Shown piece after piece: positions 42,422-56,095 of a DNA stretch of 64,000 bases. A program made the translations under genes and the position numbers. The notes below the pieces were generated by a model. The model saw only the letters and a list, made by a program, of their open reading frames with translations, had not been told where the DNA came from and did no database searches. Position 1 is the stretch's first letter. Each line of letters begins with the position of its first letter. Location of the stretch: positions 45,210,464 to 45,274,463 of the forward strand of contig NC_043011.1 of the NCBI RefSeq assembly GCF_006345805.1, in the 5' to 3' direction. The stretch is from Octopus sinensis. Lineage: Eukaryota.

Positions 42422-44869
42422 TGTAATTCTGTTTGAGAATTAAGTTAAAAGTATATAAGTCTAGGTGTGGAAGCGTGAAGCCTAGCAGTTAGGGTATTAC
42501 ACTCACAATCTGGTAACCATGAGTTCAGTTCCCAGACCGAGCAGCACATTGTGTTCTTGAGCAAAACACTTCATTTCACATTGCTCCAGTCCACTCAGCT
42601 ATAAGTGGGTTATCTCTGCAACAGACTAGCTTTCTGATCAGGAGGCATGTTGGCCTGCACGCTTAGCCCTGTGGAGTGGCATCATTTGAAAGCTAAAAAA
42701 CAATGCAAAGCGCCTTTCATCCTTTCAGGAATGATAAAAGATGTACCAGTTGCGTACTGGGATCGATGTAATCAACTGACACCTCCCCACCCGCAAAATT
42801 TCAAGCTGTGTGTTTATAGTAGAAAAGACCATCATCGTCATCATCATGAACAAGTAAAACAACAACGAGGCATATGGCATAGTGGTTTAGAGCATGGGCT
42901 ACTAACCCCAAGATTCTGAGTTCGATTCCATGCAGTGACCTGAACAATAACAATAATAATAATAATGATAATAATAATAACATCGAAAAACAAAATACCT
43001 TAGGAATGAGAACCCAGGTTCGAAATTTCCCCAAGACACCTGAAGGATGATGGAGGGTATATCAGCCGAAACGTTGTGTTAACAACAAACAAGATGAGGA
43101 CAAATATCCGTCGAATGTAAATAATGTACAGTGTATAACAACACCTGAAATCAAATATCTGAATTTGTCCCTAATAACTGACCGAGACCCATCCATTCAT
43201 CCATCTGTGAGTGTGTGTTTGTGAGAGTGTGAGTGTCATCTACATCACTGTCCTCAATTTACCTTCAGTTGTCAATGCTTGCTTACGTTGGGCAAGTCTT
43301 TTCTAACACAGCTCGTTACATGCTACAATCTTTTGTTCTCTGCTTCATAAATATTTATACAGACACAGGCATGACTGTGTGGTAGGAGGCTTGCTTCCTA
43401 ACCACATGTTTCTGGGTTCAGTCCCACTTCGCGACACCTTGGGCAAGTGTCTTCTACTATAGCTTCGGGCCGACCAAAGCCTTGTGAGTGGATTTGGTAG
43501 ATGGAAACTGAAAGAAGCCTGTCATATATGTGTGTGTCAGTTTGTCCTCCCTCGCTGATTTGCAGCTGGTGTTGGCATGTTTATTATGTTCCTGTAACAT
43601 AGTGGTTCAGTGAAAGAGAATGATAGAATAAGTATTAAGCTTGAAGAAAAGTATAAGTGCTGGGGTTGATTCATTTGACTAAAAATTCTCTAAGCTGGTG
43701 CTGCAGCATGGCCACGGGATGACTGAGACAAGTAATTAAAAAATATATGTGTGTGTAAGGCTTGTTTGTATGTGAAACTTTTGATTGAATACTCAAATGA
43801 TGCCCTGCCTATTTTTCAAATGAGGTAGATTTTACTGCACTTGTATTTGAAAGTACAGATCTAGCAGCGGAGTTGTCAACAGGGTAATGTCAACAAACGT
43901 CACCGTCTGCAGTATAGTGTTCTTTTGTGTGAAGTGCAGTGTAAACATTTCACACAAACACAAGCATGTACATACATATATGCACATACATTTCTCTATC
44001 TCTCTCTTTCTCTTCTTAATAACGATATGTATTAGTTTGATGCTCAGGAAAAAATGGAAAAGTTTTTCACACTGCAAGCCTAAATGAGGAATGAAAATGG
44101 AGACAGGGAAAAAAACATGTATGTGTACATACATACATACATACATATACATATAACTAAACTAATTATGACTTAATCATCCTCTCACACCATCTCCAAT
44201 GAAGGGATATCTTTATATATAAAAGTGAGGTTGTGTGTCTGTCTCCTACAATTTAGATTCCTAACAACTCCCACATTTTGCGGTGCAGTTTAACTTATAG
44301 TTGTGATTCATATCGAGCCCTTCTGGGTATTAGCGCGCATCTACGATGAGTCTAAGATTTTAAAAAAAATTTATCATCATTTTTTTCCATTTTAATGCAT
44401 TTTTTCGCTATTATATAAGGGAAGTAACTCTCTAAAAATGTCTACGATGAGCCAACGATTTTTAAAAAATTTACCATAATTTTTTTTCCATTTTTAATGC
44501 ATTTTTTTGCTATTTTTTGGCTATAACTCTCTAAAAATGCTTATATAGTTATTTCCCTTACAAACCCGAGCAACGCCGGGCGATACTGCTAGTAATTAAT
44601 AAATATCCTGGAAACAGCTATAAGACCTACTATCTATAAATGTTCTAATATCTACACAGCCTTGGTTTTTTTTATCTCATTACACAAAAAATTCTTATTT
44701 ATATGTATATATTTTTTAATTAAAGCTGCAAAATTATCACAGATCAGGAATGTGAAACTCTGAGTGACAGTTCTGTGATAATTTTGCAGCTTTAATACAA
44801 TATTATATTACTCTACTTTTGGTATTTGAGTACTATTTTTTCCACCTTGTTTTGCACTCATGTGCTCAC

Positions 44870-44916
<47 letters not shown>

Positions 44917-45403
44917 TGAAACCAGCCGCTATGCTTGGTTGCTCAGATTTTTATTCTCTCTCTGATTATTTTCTCTTATTCCTTTCTCAAAGCATAAAAG
45001 ACTTTCAAACTAAAACACCTGCTTGTTGTTCATACACTTGTCTTTTGTCTTTCTGTAAATTTCAACTATATATCTATATCTATACACATACACACACACA
45101 TATAGATATATTAAAGGCTTCCTTACAATTTCCACCGACCGAATTCCACTGACAAGGCATTGGTTGGCCCAGTGCAATAGTAGAAGATAGTTGTCCAAGG
45201 TTTTGTGTAATGGAACTGATCCAGAAACCAGGAGAGTGTGTATGTGTGTATAGACATACACACATGCATATGCACATACATATATACATATGTATATTTA
45301 TGTTGTAATTTCTTATTTCTCTTTTCAGAGAGGAAAACTTATCCGAGCGAAAACTTCACTTGAAGATAAGTTCGAAGATCTCACTAAATGTAAGTAGCTG
45401 TAC

Positions 45404-45451
<48 letters not shown>

Positions 45452-47824
45452 GGCGGTGAGCTGGCAGAATTATTAGCATGTCGGGAGAAATGCTTAGTGG
45501 TATTTCATCTGTCTTTATGTTCTGAGTTCAAATTCCGCCAATGTAGACTTTGCCTTTCATCCTATTGGGGTTGATGAATTAAGTACCAGTTTCATACTGG
45601 GGTCGATCTAATCGACTGGCTCCCTCCCCAAAAATTTCGGGCCTTGTAGAAAAGACTATTATTATCATTATTATTAAGGTGGCGAGCTGGCAGAATCATT
45701 AGCATGCCGGGAGAAATGTTTAGAGCGTAAAGACAGACGAAATACCGCTGAGTTCAAATTCCGCCAAGGCCAACTTTGCCTTTCATCCTTTTGGGGGTCA
45801 ATAAATTAAGTACAAGTGAAATACTGGGGTTGATGTAATCAACTTACCCCCTCCCCCAAGAATGGCTGCTCTTGTGGCAAAATTTGAAATCATCATTATT
45901 ATTTTTATTCTTATAATATAGGGTGGCAAGCTGGCAGAATCGTTAGCACACTGGGTAAAATGCTCAGCAGCATTTTGTCCCTCTTTACGTTCAGGGTTCA
46001 AATTCTTCCAATGTCGACTTTGCCGTTCATCCTTTCAGGGTTAATGAAATAAGTATGTATGGGAAGTATATTCAAATCCATTAGAGAGCCATTCTTTGTA
46101 TCTTGACATGAAGAAAATTTTCCACTTTTGACAAATAGGTGTAAATAGACCAAGTCAGTTTGAAGTGCTCAACCCAATCTAGATTGATGGATGCATGCAT
46201 TTTGAAGTAGTTACCCCCTCTTCAGCATCAGACACTGGAGAGGAAGAGGTACAATGAACTGACTTCAGATTGATCTCTCTTATATATCATGGCTAGTGCC
46301 GCCTCACTGGCACCAATGCTGGTGGCATGTAATAAGCACCATTTGAGCATGGGTTGATGCTATGTTGCCTGACTGACTCCCTGTGCTGGTGGCATGTAAA
46401 AAGCACCATCCAAATGTGGTCAATGCCAGTGCCCCCTGACTGGCTTCTGTACCAGTGGCACGTAAAAAGCACCCACAACATCTTTGGAGTGGTTGGTGCT
46501 AGGAAGTACACCCAGCTGTAGAAACCCTGCCAAATCAGATTGGAGCCTGGTGCAGCCTACTGGCTTAGCCTCAGTTAAACCATCCAACCCATGCCAGCAT
46601 GGAAAGTGGATGTTAAACGATGATGATGATACACATATATATATATATAGTCGCTGCTATCTCTTGCGGTTGAACATCTATCACCAATGTGATCAAAGGA
46701 GATCAAAATCATATGATCTCATGGCCTCAACACTGGAGTTGGTGTGGGGTTAGTTCCCCACTGGTGATAGAACCCAACAAGTGTGTATTCTGCACCAAAA
46801 TCCTATATGAGAGTTTCTCTCATGGCAAATACCACTGTAAAGTCTGATCAAACAGAACATCCATGTTTAAGTGGGAATACATATATATACATGTGTGTGT
46901 GTGTGTGTGTGTGTGTATCATATTCTTTATTTGTTTTCATTTCTTTTCCTTGTCTTTCCACTTTCCTCCTTGTATTTAGTATTGGAACCAGTGTGGAAGG
47001 AATACCAATTTCTGAAAGCCAAATATCAAATTGAATCAGATTGTCGACAAGAAGCTGAAAAATATGCATCTAAAGTAAGTACAACACACTTATATAAACC
47101 ATAGAGTTGGTATACATCGAAAACTTATATTGATTGTGTCTAGTTCTTTGAATTTTTCTAATACATAATCAAAGGTATTGTCTTTAACTGCTGAACAAAA
47201 TGTCATCACTAGAATTTGGACTTCAACAGCTATGTGGGTCTGTGTGTGTGTCTATGTGGTTGGTGGATGTTTTTTTTTCTTTTTCGCATGTTAGTATAGC
47301 TTGGATGGCAATTGATACTGAGAGAGGGTTTTATCATCTGAAGCTCTTCCTGTTGCCAACCATCACCTGTTTTTCAGGTAAAGGAAATTTTTTTTTTTTA
47401 CATTTCACAGGTCTTTGAAAGTGCTGAGCAACTGCATGTAATGTCAACAAGTAATGTTGAAATCAGCACTGCTTTTTGTTCATACATCTGTGAAACATCA
47501 ATGTTTACACACTCACATACATGCACACACACACGTACACACACATTTATGAATAGACATGCAAAGCAGTGACTGGAGTAAACAAAACTTAAGACCTGTT
47601 CAAATATGTTTGAAAGGCTTTTCACTGCAGTTTGCCATGGAGGTAAAAAACCCCAAAAGAAACAACAGAATTCTTGCTCAAGACAAAATGACATCAAAAC
47701 ACCACATCCTCAGGGCATTCTGAGCTGGCTGAGGTGTTCTGACATATTTTTATTGGGCAAGAATACTTCTTCTTCATGACATTATATATATATATATAAT
47801 ATATATATATATATATACACACAC

Positions 47825-47921
<97 letters not shown>

Positions 47922-48239
47922 ATATATATATATATATATTATATATAATATATATATTTGTGTAACATTATCTGTTTTTCTGTGTTTGGTTTTCGTATAC
48001 TTTTGATGCTTTCTTCCAAGGAATTTAATGCTCTTAGCTTAGTTTTTCCTTGGGGCTGGCCAGATTGGAGCAATCTCAAGATTAATCAGCCGAAATTGTG
48101 AAGCTGATCTGGTTCTTGACTGAGGATAGAAAGCTTCGAATGTCCTGTCACTGTTTTTTCTATCGTTAGATGTTTTGTTGTCCCTTTTTGTATCACCTAG
48201 TTGTCCGGATGTTTTGTGTTCATGTCCCCTTTTGTATCA

Positions 48240-48281
<42 letters not shown>

Positions 48282-51200
48282 ACAACTGAGACCATTGGCT
48301 TTGTCGTGCTCAGGAAGAAAATCCATCAAGCTGAGCAAAATCACAATCATGGTAGATATTGGTGTTGCACAAATTGGCACCAATGCCATTGGCACGTAAA
48401 AGCACCCATTACACTCTTGGAGTGGTTGGTGTTAGGAACAGCATCCAGCCATAGAAAACCATAGAAAATCAGAGTGGAGCCTAGTGCAGCCTTCCAGCAT
48501 GCCAGCCCAGTCAAACCGTCCAACCCATGCCACCATGATCAATGGACATTAAATGATGATGATGATACATTATGAGGATGTTTAAACCTTATTATAGGGA
48601 TAGTTTTATCCCAGATACTCTGGTTTAATATATCATATTTTGAAGAGATATTTCTTCAATAAATTATATTATAAAACATCAAATGTCATTGATAAGTTTG
48701 AAAATGGAGAGATTCAATGGATATAAATTAATTAATGAATTAATTAACATTGCCTAAAATTGTTTCACTTTGCACCCAGTTTAAATTACAAAACATATAT
48801 AATTTACATTATTTCCATTTGACAGATATTTGTCCTCATCTTGTTTGTTATTAACACAACGTTTTGGCTGATATACCCTCCAGCCTTCATCAGTTGTCTT
48901 GGGGAAATTTCGAACCTGGGTTCTCATTCCTAAGGTATTTTTCGATGTTGTTGTTGTTGTTATTATTATTATCGTTGTTGTTCAGGTCACTGCCTAGAAT
49001 CGAACTTAGAATCTTGGGGTTAATAGCCCGCGCTCTTAACCACTACACCATATGCTCTCTGTCAAATGTAAATAATGTAAACAATGTACATAATTCCTCA
49101 TCTCTTAAATATAGAACGGGAATATATCATATAAGTGTGCATTTTGAGTATCCTGGGTGAAAGACCCTCAGGGTAAAATGGACATTACTGAGTTTACATT
49201 TTGGTCAGTTGAAATACTCCAACAGAGTAGGCAGATGAAAGCTTGCTTATTATGTGAATGAGAGAAAAAGAGAGTGTATGCAAAGAGAGTATATGTGTGT
49301 GAGACTGAGAGAGAGTATGTATGGTGAAAAGAGAGAGTGTGTGAGAGAGAAAGAGTGCTTGTGTGAGAGAGAAAGTGAGTGAGAGAGAGAGAGAGAGTGT
49401 GTGTGTGTGTGTAAGTGAAATAGAGAATGTGTGTGTAAGTGAAAGAGAGAGTGAGAGAGAGTGTGTATGTGTCTGTGTATGCTTGTGTGTGTGTGAGAGT
49501 GTGAGTGAAAGGGAATGTTTATATGAGAAAAAGAAAGTGTGTGTGTGCTTGTGTGTGAGAAAGGGAGAGAGAGTGTGTGTGTGTATGTGTGTGTCTAAGA
49601 ACAAATCTCCATGTCATTTGATTTTGTTGTCTCTTTGCTTCCAGGTGACCAAAGAAAACAAAGAATTGCGTCGGAAGAGCCAGGATTTGCTGTCTAAACT
49701 AGATTTAAATGCAGACCTTCGTGTGTTTGAAATTGATATAGAGAAGGAAGATGGTGGTCAACAGAATGAGGAATCAGAGGAGAGGATCCATTACCAGAAT
49801 CAACTGGAAGGTAAAGGATGGAACTGACAACTGATTGGGAAGATTAGGGTGGAGGGGTTAACTGGGAGGTGTGTGGGTGACGATGGTGGCAGTGAAGGTG
49901 TAGAAGTGATGGTGGTTAGATGAAATGGTTAGTAGGGTAGTGGTGGTGGCTGTGGCATGTGGTGGTGGTGGTTTGTTTTGTTTTATGTCCCAGGGTAAGA
50001 AGGAACTGTTGATGTTTTCCATTTGTAGATAAAAATAGATGTATAGACAAACAGGCAGAATGATGGATGGATGGGTAGATAGATATAGATAGATAGATTT
50101 AGGAAGATAAATAGATATAGAAAGATAGATAGATAGATATAGATTGATGGATGGATGGATAGACAGATGAATGGATAGACGAGTAGATGGATGGATAGAC
50201 AGGTAGCTGGGTGGATAGACGGGTAGCTGGATGGACAGAGGGGTAGATGGATGGATAGACAGGTAGATAGATGGGTAGATGGATGGATAGATAGGTAGAT
50301 GGATGAGTAGAGGGGTAGATAGATGGGTAGAGGGGTAGATAGATGGGTAGAGAGGTAGATAGATCTGTAGAGAGGTAGATAGATGGGTAGAGGGGTAGAT
50401 AGATGGGTAGAGGGGTAGATGGTTAGATATATAAATGGGTAGATAGATAGATTGATAGATAGATAGGTAGATAGATAGATGGGTAGGTAGATAGATAGAC
50501 AAAAGGGGTGGATGGATTGATTGATAGTTGATTGATGGATAGGTATACAGACAAGGGAAGTAGTGCATCAACGAATAGGTTGCTTGATATATTGATTAAA
50601 TATTTAGTTAATTAGAATAATTTAATTAGAATAATTAATAGACAGTCAAACAGATACAAATATTCAGGCATTAAGACAAACTGATATATACGGATAGGTG
50701 GATGGGTGGTGGGTAGGTGGGTAGGTAGGGAGAGAGAAGAATAGAGAGTCAGTCGCAAATATAGAGATAGAATGATAGATAGATAGACAAGGAGAGAGAA
50801 AGAGAGGTAAGTAGAAAGTCAGCTAGATAGATAGATGATAGATAGATAGATAAATGGATTTACCTAGATAGACAGATAAACAGATGGATGGATGGACATA
50901 CAGACAGATAGATAGATAGACAGATAGACTGACAGACGGATGGAAAACAGACAGGAGAGATGGAAGGAAGTACTAGTTGACTGTATGCCAGGTGAGAATA
51001 AAAAGTTGACAGTTCAGTGCAGTAGAAATATCAAATGGTGACTCAGAAATACCATATTTGAAATTATTTTAGCAAATTATCTTTCTGTCTGTCATCATCA
51101 TCATCTCTTGATGGAATTTAGGCTTAACAAATTCCCATTGCATAGCAGGAATTTATGCGGTGGGTGGGAGAGGGTATGGAGAGATGGTTGATGTCACATG

Positions 51201-52699
51201 TTTATACACTGTAACAGTAAAGGTTTCTGGGATTTATATATATACACACACACACATATATATATATACATACACACACACATATATATATATATACATA
51301 AACACACACATATATATATACATAAACACACACGTGTATATATATATATATATATAACGGGGGGGGGGGGAGTTTACGAAAATAAACAAAAGACGAAGGC
51401 AGGTGGAGTACAAACAAACAAATGTATTAGTATAGCGCTCTGGAATAGAAATAGAAAAAGTCTTTTGCGTTTCGAGCCTACGCTCTTCAACAGAAAGATA
51501 CACAGAAAAAAAACAAGGAGAGAAAAAATATGCGTGTAGGAGCTAACGATCTATCATGGCGTCCAGATATATATATATATACATATACATACATACATAC
51601 AATTGTTAAAGAGGGCAACAAACATTAAGGCAAGGCAAACATCTCAAGTCATATGCAATATTATTATTAGAAAAAAATTCAAAGTCTTACAGCTGTTTCT
51701 GGGATATCTCCGAGTATGGGATATTCTGTCATCAGAGACAAGACAAATAGGGAAAAATAAGGAAAATAAGAATGGTATCTCTTTTCTCTTTTACTTGTTT
51801 CAGTCATGTGACTGTGGCCATGCTGGAGCACCGCCTTTAGACGATCAAATCGACCCCAGGACTTAGTCTTTGTAAGCCTAGTACTTATTTAATCGGTCTC
51901 TTTTTGCCGAACCGCTAAGTTACGGGGACGTAAACACACCAGCATTGGTTGTCAAGCGATGTTGGGGGAACAAACACAGACACACAAACACGTACATACA
52001 CATATATATATATATATACATATATACGATGGGCTTCTTTCAGTTTCCGTCTACCAAATCCACTCACAAGGCTTTGGTCGGCCCGAGGCTATAATAGAAG
52101 ACACTTACCCAAGGTGCCATGCAGTGGGACTGAACCCGGAACCATGTGGTTGGTTAGCAAGCTACTTACCACACAGCCACTCCTGCGCCTATATTAATGA
52201 GATGACGACATAGAGGAAGGGAGTAAAAGAATAAGGAGTTGGAAAGAGAGAAGAAAAAAGAACTTTCCGAAAGTTGAACTATGAACTTTTATGCTTCTTT
52301 TTCCTTCTCTCTGTCCATCTCCTTATTCTTTTACTCCCTTCCTCTATGTCGTCATTTAATTATTATAAACCATTCTCATTTTCCCTATTTATCTCTGATG
52401 ACAGAATATCCCATACTCGGTGATATCCCAGAAACAGCTGTAAGACTTTGAATTTTTTCCAATAATAATATTGTATACTACTTGAGATGTTTGCCTTGCC
52501 TTAATGTTTGTTGCCTTGCCTTAATGTTTGACGCTCCGTTTAACAATTATATATCCACTGCATTGGAAATCTGCAATGGCTCCATAGCTACTGTCTCAGC
52601 TATAAATTTGGAGCCCTAGAAATCCGTTACAGCTCTTACCTAGTGTACCTAATTGTTTAGATCACCTGTGAACTAAACCCCCATACTTTCTACATTATA

Positions 52700-52730
<31 letters not shown>

Positions 52731-52762
52731 TACACATGTATATATATATACGTACATACATT

Positions 52763-52806
<44 letters not shown>

Positions 52807-52999
52807 CATTCATACATGCATTCATACATATATACATACATTCATACATATATACATACATTCATATATATATATACATACATTCATACACACACACACA
52901 CACATATATACATACATACATTCGTACACACACACACATATATATATACATACATACATTCGTACACACACACACATATATATACATACATACATTCGT

Positions 53000-53036
<37 letters not shown>

Positions 53037-54871
53037 CATATATACATACATTCGTACACACATACACACATATATATATATACATACATTCGTACACACA
53101 CACACACACACACATATATACATACATTCATACATACATATATATATATATATATATACATGCATTCATACACACACTGCCTAAATACCAATCTTGAGAA
53201 ATTAGGCTTCTCAAAATGAGAAAGCTAATTCAAAGACTACAGATCCAATCCATTACTGGAACTATAAAAATCTGTAAAACTTTCCAGAAGTTTATCATTT
53301 AAATATATATGAACATGTCTAGACATGCAACTATATGCATGAGAATACCTACATACATAAAACAAAACATACATATCTGCACTCATACATACATACATAC
53401 ATACATATAAATAAATAATTGTTTATGGTGTACACAACTGTTTCATGAGTTCTAAAGAGCTCAAAACAGATTTAAATGAATAGACGTAACTCTACTTTCT
53501 AAAGAATTACGTACTTTATTAAGGTTGTGAATGAATAAGTATACACACATATGGATGCATGTATATATACTCACACATCATCATCATTGGTTTAACAGCT
53601 GTTTTTCCATGCTCGCATGATTTGAGCAGAATTTCATTGAAGCAGATTTTTTAGGGCCAGATGCCCTTCCTGTCACAAACCCTCACCTGCTTCCAAGTAA
53701 AATCATATTTCCTCCACAACCAAACTTGTTTTCATGGAAGATTCAGAATGCAGGACACTGCTTGCATAACAGTGACATTCGTTTACATCTATCACGTGGT
53801 GTCAAAGCAACAAGATAGTCACACACACACACACACACATAGGCATACACACACACATATATATTTATAAATTATGTGCTTCTTTCAGTTTCCATTTGCC
53901 AAATCCACTCATGAATCTTTGATCAGTACAGGGGTATCGTAGAAGACACTTGTCGGAGGGTGCCACATGGTGGGATTGAACCTGAAACCATGTGAATGAC
54001 AAGATCTTTTCTGCCTTGCAATGTATTTGGCAAGCTCATCAATGCTGGCAGTATGCAAAAAAGCATCCGTTAGACATTGTAAAGTGGTTGGCATTAGGAA
54101 GGGCCTACAGCCACAGAAAACTTGCCAGAGGTGATGTGGAGATTGGTGCAGCCCTACAGCTTTGAAGATCCTGTCAAATTGTTCAACCCATGCCAGCATG
54201 GAAAACAGATATTAAAGGATGATGGTGAGAATAATGATATGAACCCATGCAACCAAGACGTGGCCTTCTGACTTAACATGAAGGGTAGTAAATCTAACTA
54301 GGGACTCTGGCTGGCACAACCCATCCAACCCAATTCAATATGGAAAAGCTAATAAGGGTGATGATGATGATGATGATGATGATAAATTGTATATGGATTT
54401 GCATGTATGTACACCCCACCCCCACCCCCACACACACATATGTAATGTCTGATTATCCTTTCTCAGATCTACAGAATAAAGTGGCTGAAATGAAGTTAAA
54501 GAATGCTGAACTCCAAGAGGAACAGAACAACCGAGAAGAGGAGAATCGAGAAACCAAAGAGAGGGTAAGTTGGAGAGGGAGGTTGCGGTGTTTGTGTGTT
54601 GGTCACACTAATGAAACACACAAAGACAGGTCATCAACAGCATGGATATAAGTAGGTCCATTACCAATAGAAAATAAAATACACTTGATGCCATGTCATT
54701 CCAAACCACAATGCCCCCTTTCCATAACCAGCTGCAGGCTAATAAGGAAATGTATTATAATCAAACTAAGCAAAACCGAGTTTATTGAGCAAGACACCTG
54801 CTGAAAAATTACCAGACGAGACTCATCTGCACCGAATGATGCACAACAACCAGTTGTCCAGAATCTCACCC

Positions 54872-54907
<36 letters not shown>

Positions 54908-55306
54908 CTCAAAATAAGCAACAAGAATGACTCTGGTAATTTGGTACGATCGTTTCGTACTACATCATTTTATTAAATGTTGTAAGTATTACGACAGTTT
55001 TAAAATGCTGAGTACTCATCAGCCAATTATAGAGGTTTTCCATTCATACAAAAATTTTCATATCAAGTGGCAACATTATAGAGAAGGTAGATATATAGAC
55101 AAAGATGTGGATTTAAATTTTAAGAACATTTGAGGTAGTGGAGCTCATCAAACTGACTGACTAAGATTCAGTTGTTCCAAACTACTTTAAGGTTCTGAGA
55201 ATGAAGAACAAGTGAGAGGAGGCAATAAAGATTTTCTAATTATAGGAATAGGGTAAAGGGGGTGTCATAGCTCCATATAAGGAATTTGTGTGGAAGACAG
55301 CATTGT

Positions 55307-55340
<34 letters not shown>

Positions 55341-56027
55341 GTGCAGGCATGGCTGTGTGCTAAAAAGCTTGCTTCCCTACAACATGGTTCTGGGTTGTGT
55401 ATATATACATATATATATTTACACACACAGCACACATGTCGAGTGGTTGGTGTTAGGAAGGGCATCCAGGTGTAAAAATCATGCAAAAGCAGTCACAGAA
55501 GTCTGGTGCAGGCTTCTCTCTGGTTGGCTCTTGTGAAACCGTCCCACCCATGCTAGCATGGAAGGCAGACGTTAAATGACATACATAGATATAAATACAG
55601 TACAAAACCCATTACACACTTACATACACCACATTACTTCACACACCCCCAGATATATGCACACATATCATAGGATACACACACACACAATAAGTGGGTG
55701 AATCTGAGAGGGGAATAATTTGAATAAAATTGTAATTTACTGATCCTCCAGTATTTTCTTTTATGCAAAGCCACGAACATTTCAGCACCCCCTATATGTA
55801 TATAGGGGTTGCTCCAATATGATCTGGCAGAGTTTCTACAGCTGGATGCCCTTCCTAACGCCAACCACTCCAGAGTGTAGTGGGTGCTTTTACATGCCAC
55901 CAGCACAAGGGCCAGAAAGGCGGTACTGGCAACGGCCACGCTCAAATGGTGTTTTTTACGTGTCACCTACACAGGAGCCAGCCCAGCGGCACTGGCAACA
56001 ATCTCACTCGAATACACACACACACAC

Positions 56028-56095
<68 letters not shown>

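Larger units (their letters stand above)
51601..52548. mobile_element. Inverted-repeat element carrying two hammerhead motifs, split by a family A SINE
   Basis: Left arm 51601-51777 plus 52192-52262 pairs with right arm 52295-52548. Hammerheads at 51684-51739(-) and 52391-52446(+). Confidence 0.75.

Noticed and set aside
42869-42940. Functional tRNA gene
   Set aside because: No proper acceptor stem or terminator; always attached to the same downstream repeat body, so treated as a SINE head.
48005-48150. Further hammerhead-like fragments (CTGAGGA..GAATGTC; GGCTG..CAGCCGAAA), also 58837-58875
   Set aside because: Core or stems are too degenerate to support without a family alignment.
49858-50571. 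237-aa ORF (PSIYLS repeats)
   Set aside because: Antisense translation of a GATA/GATG tetranucleotide array.
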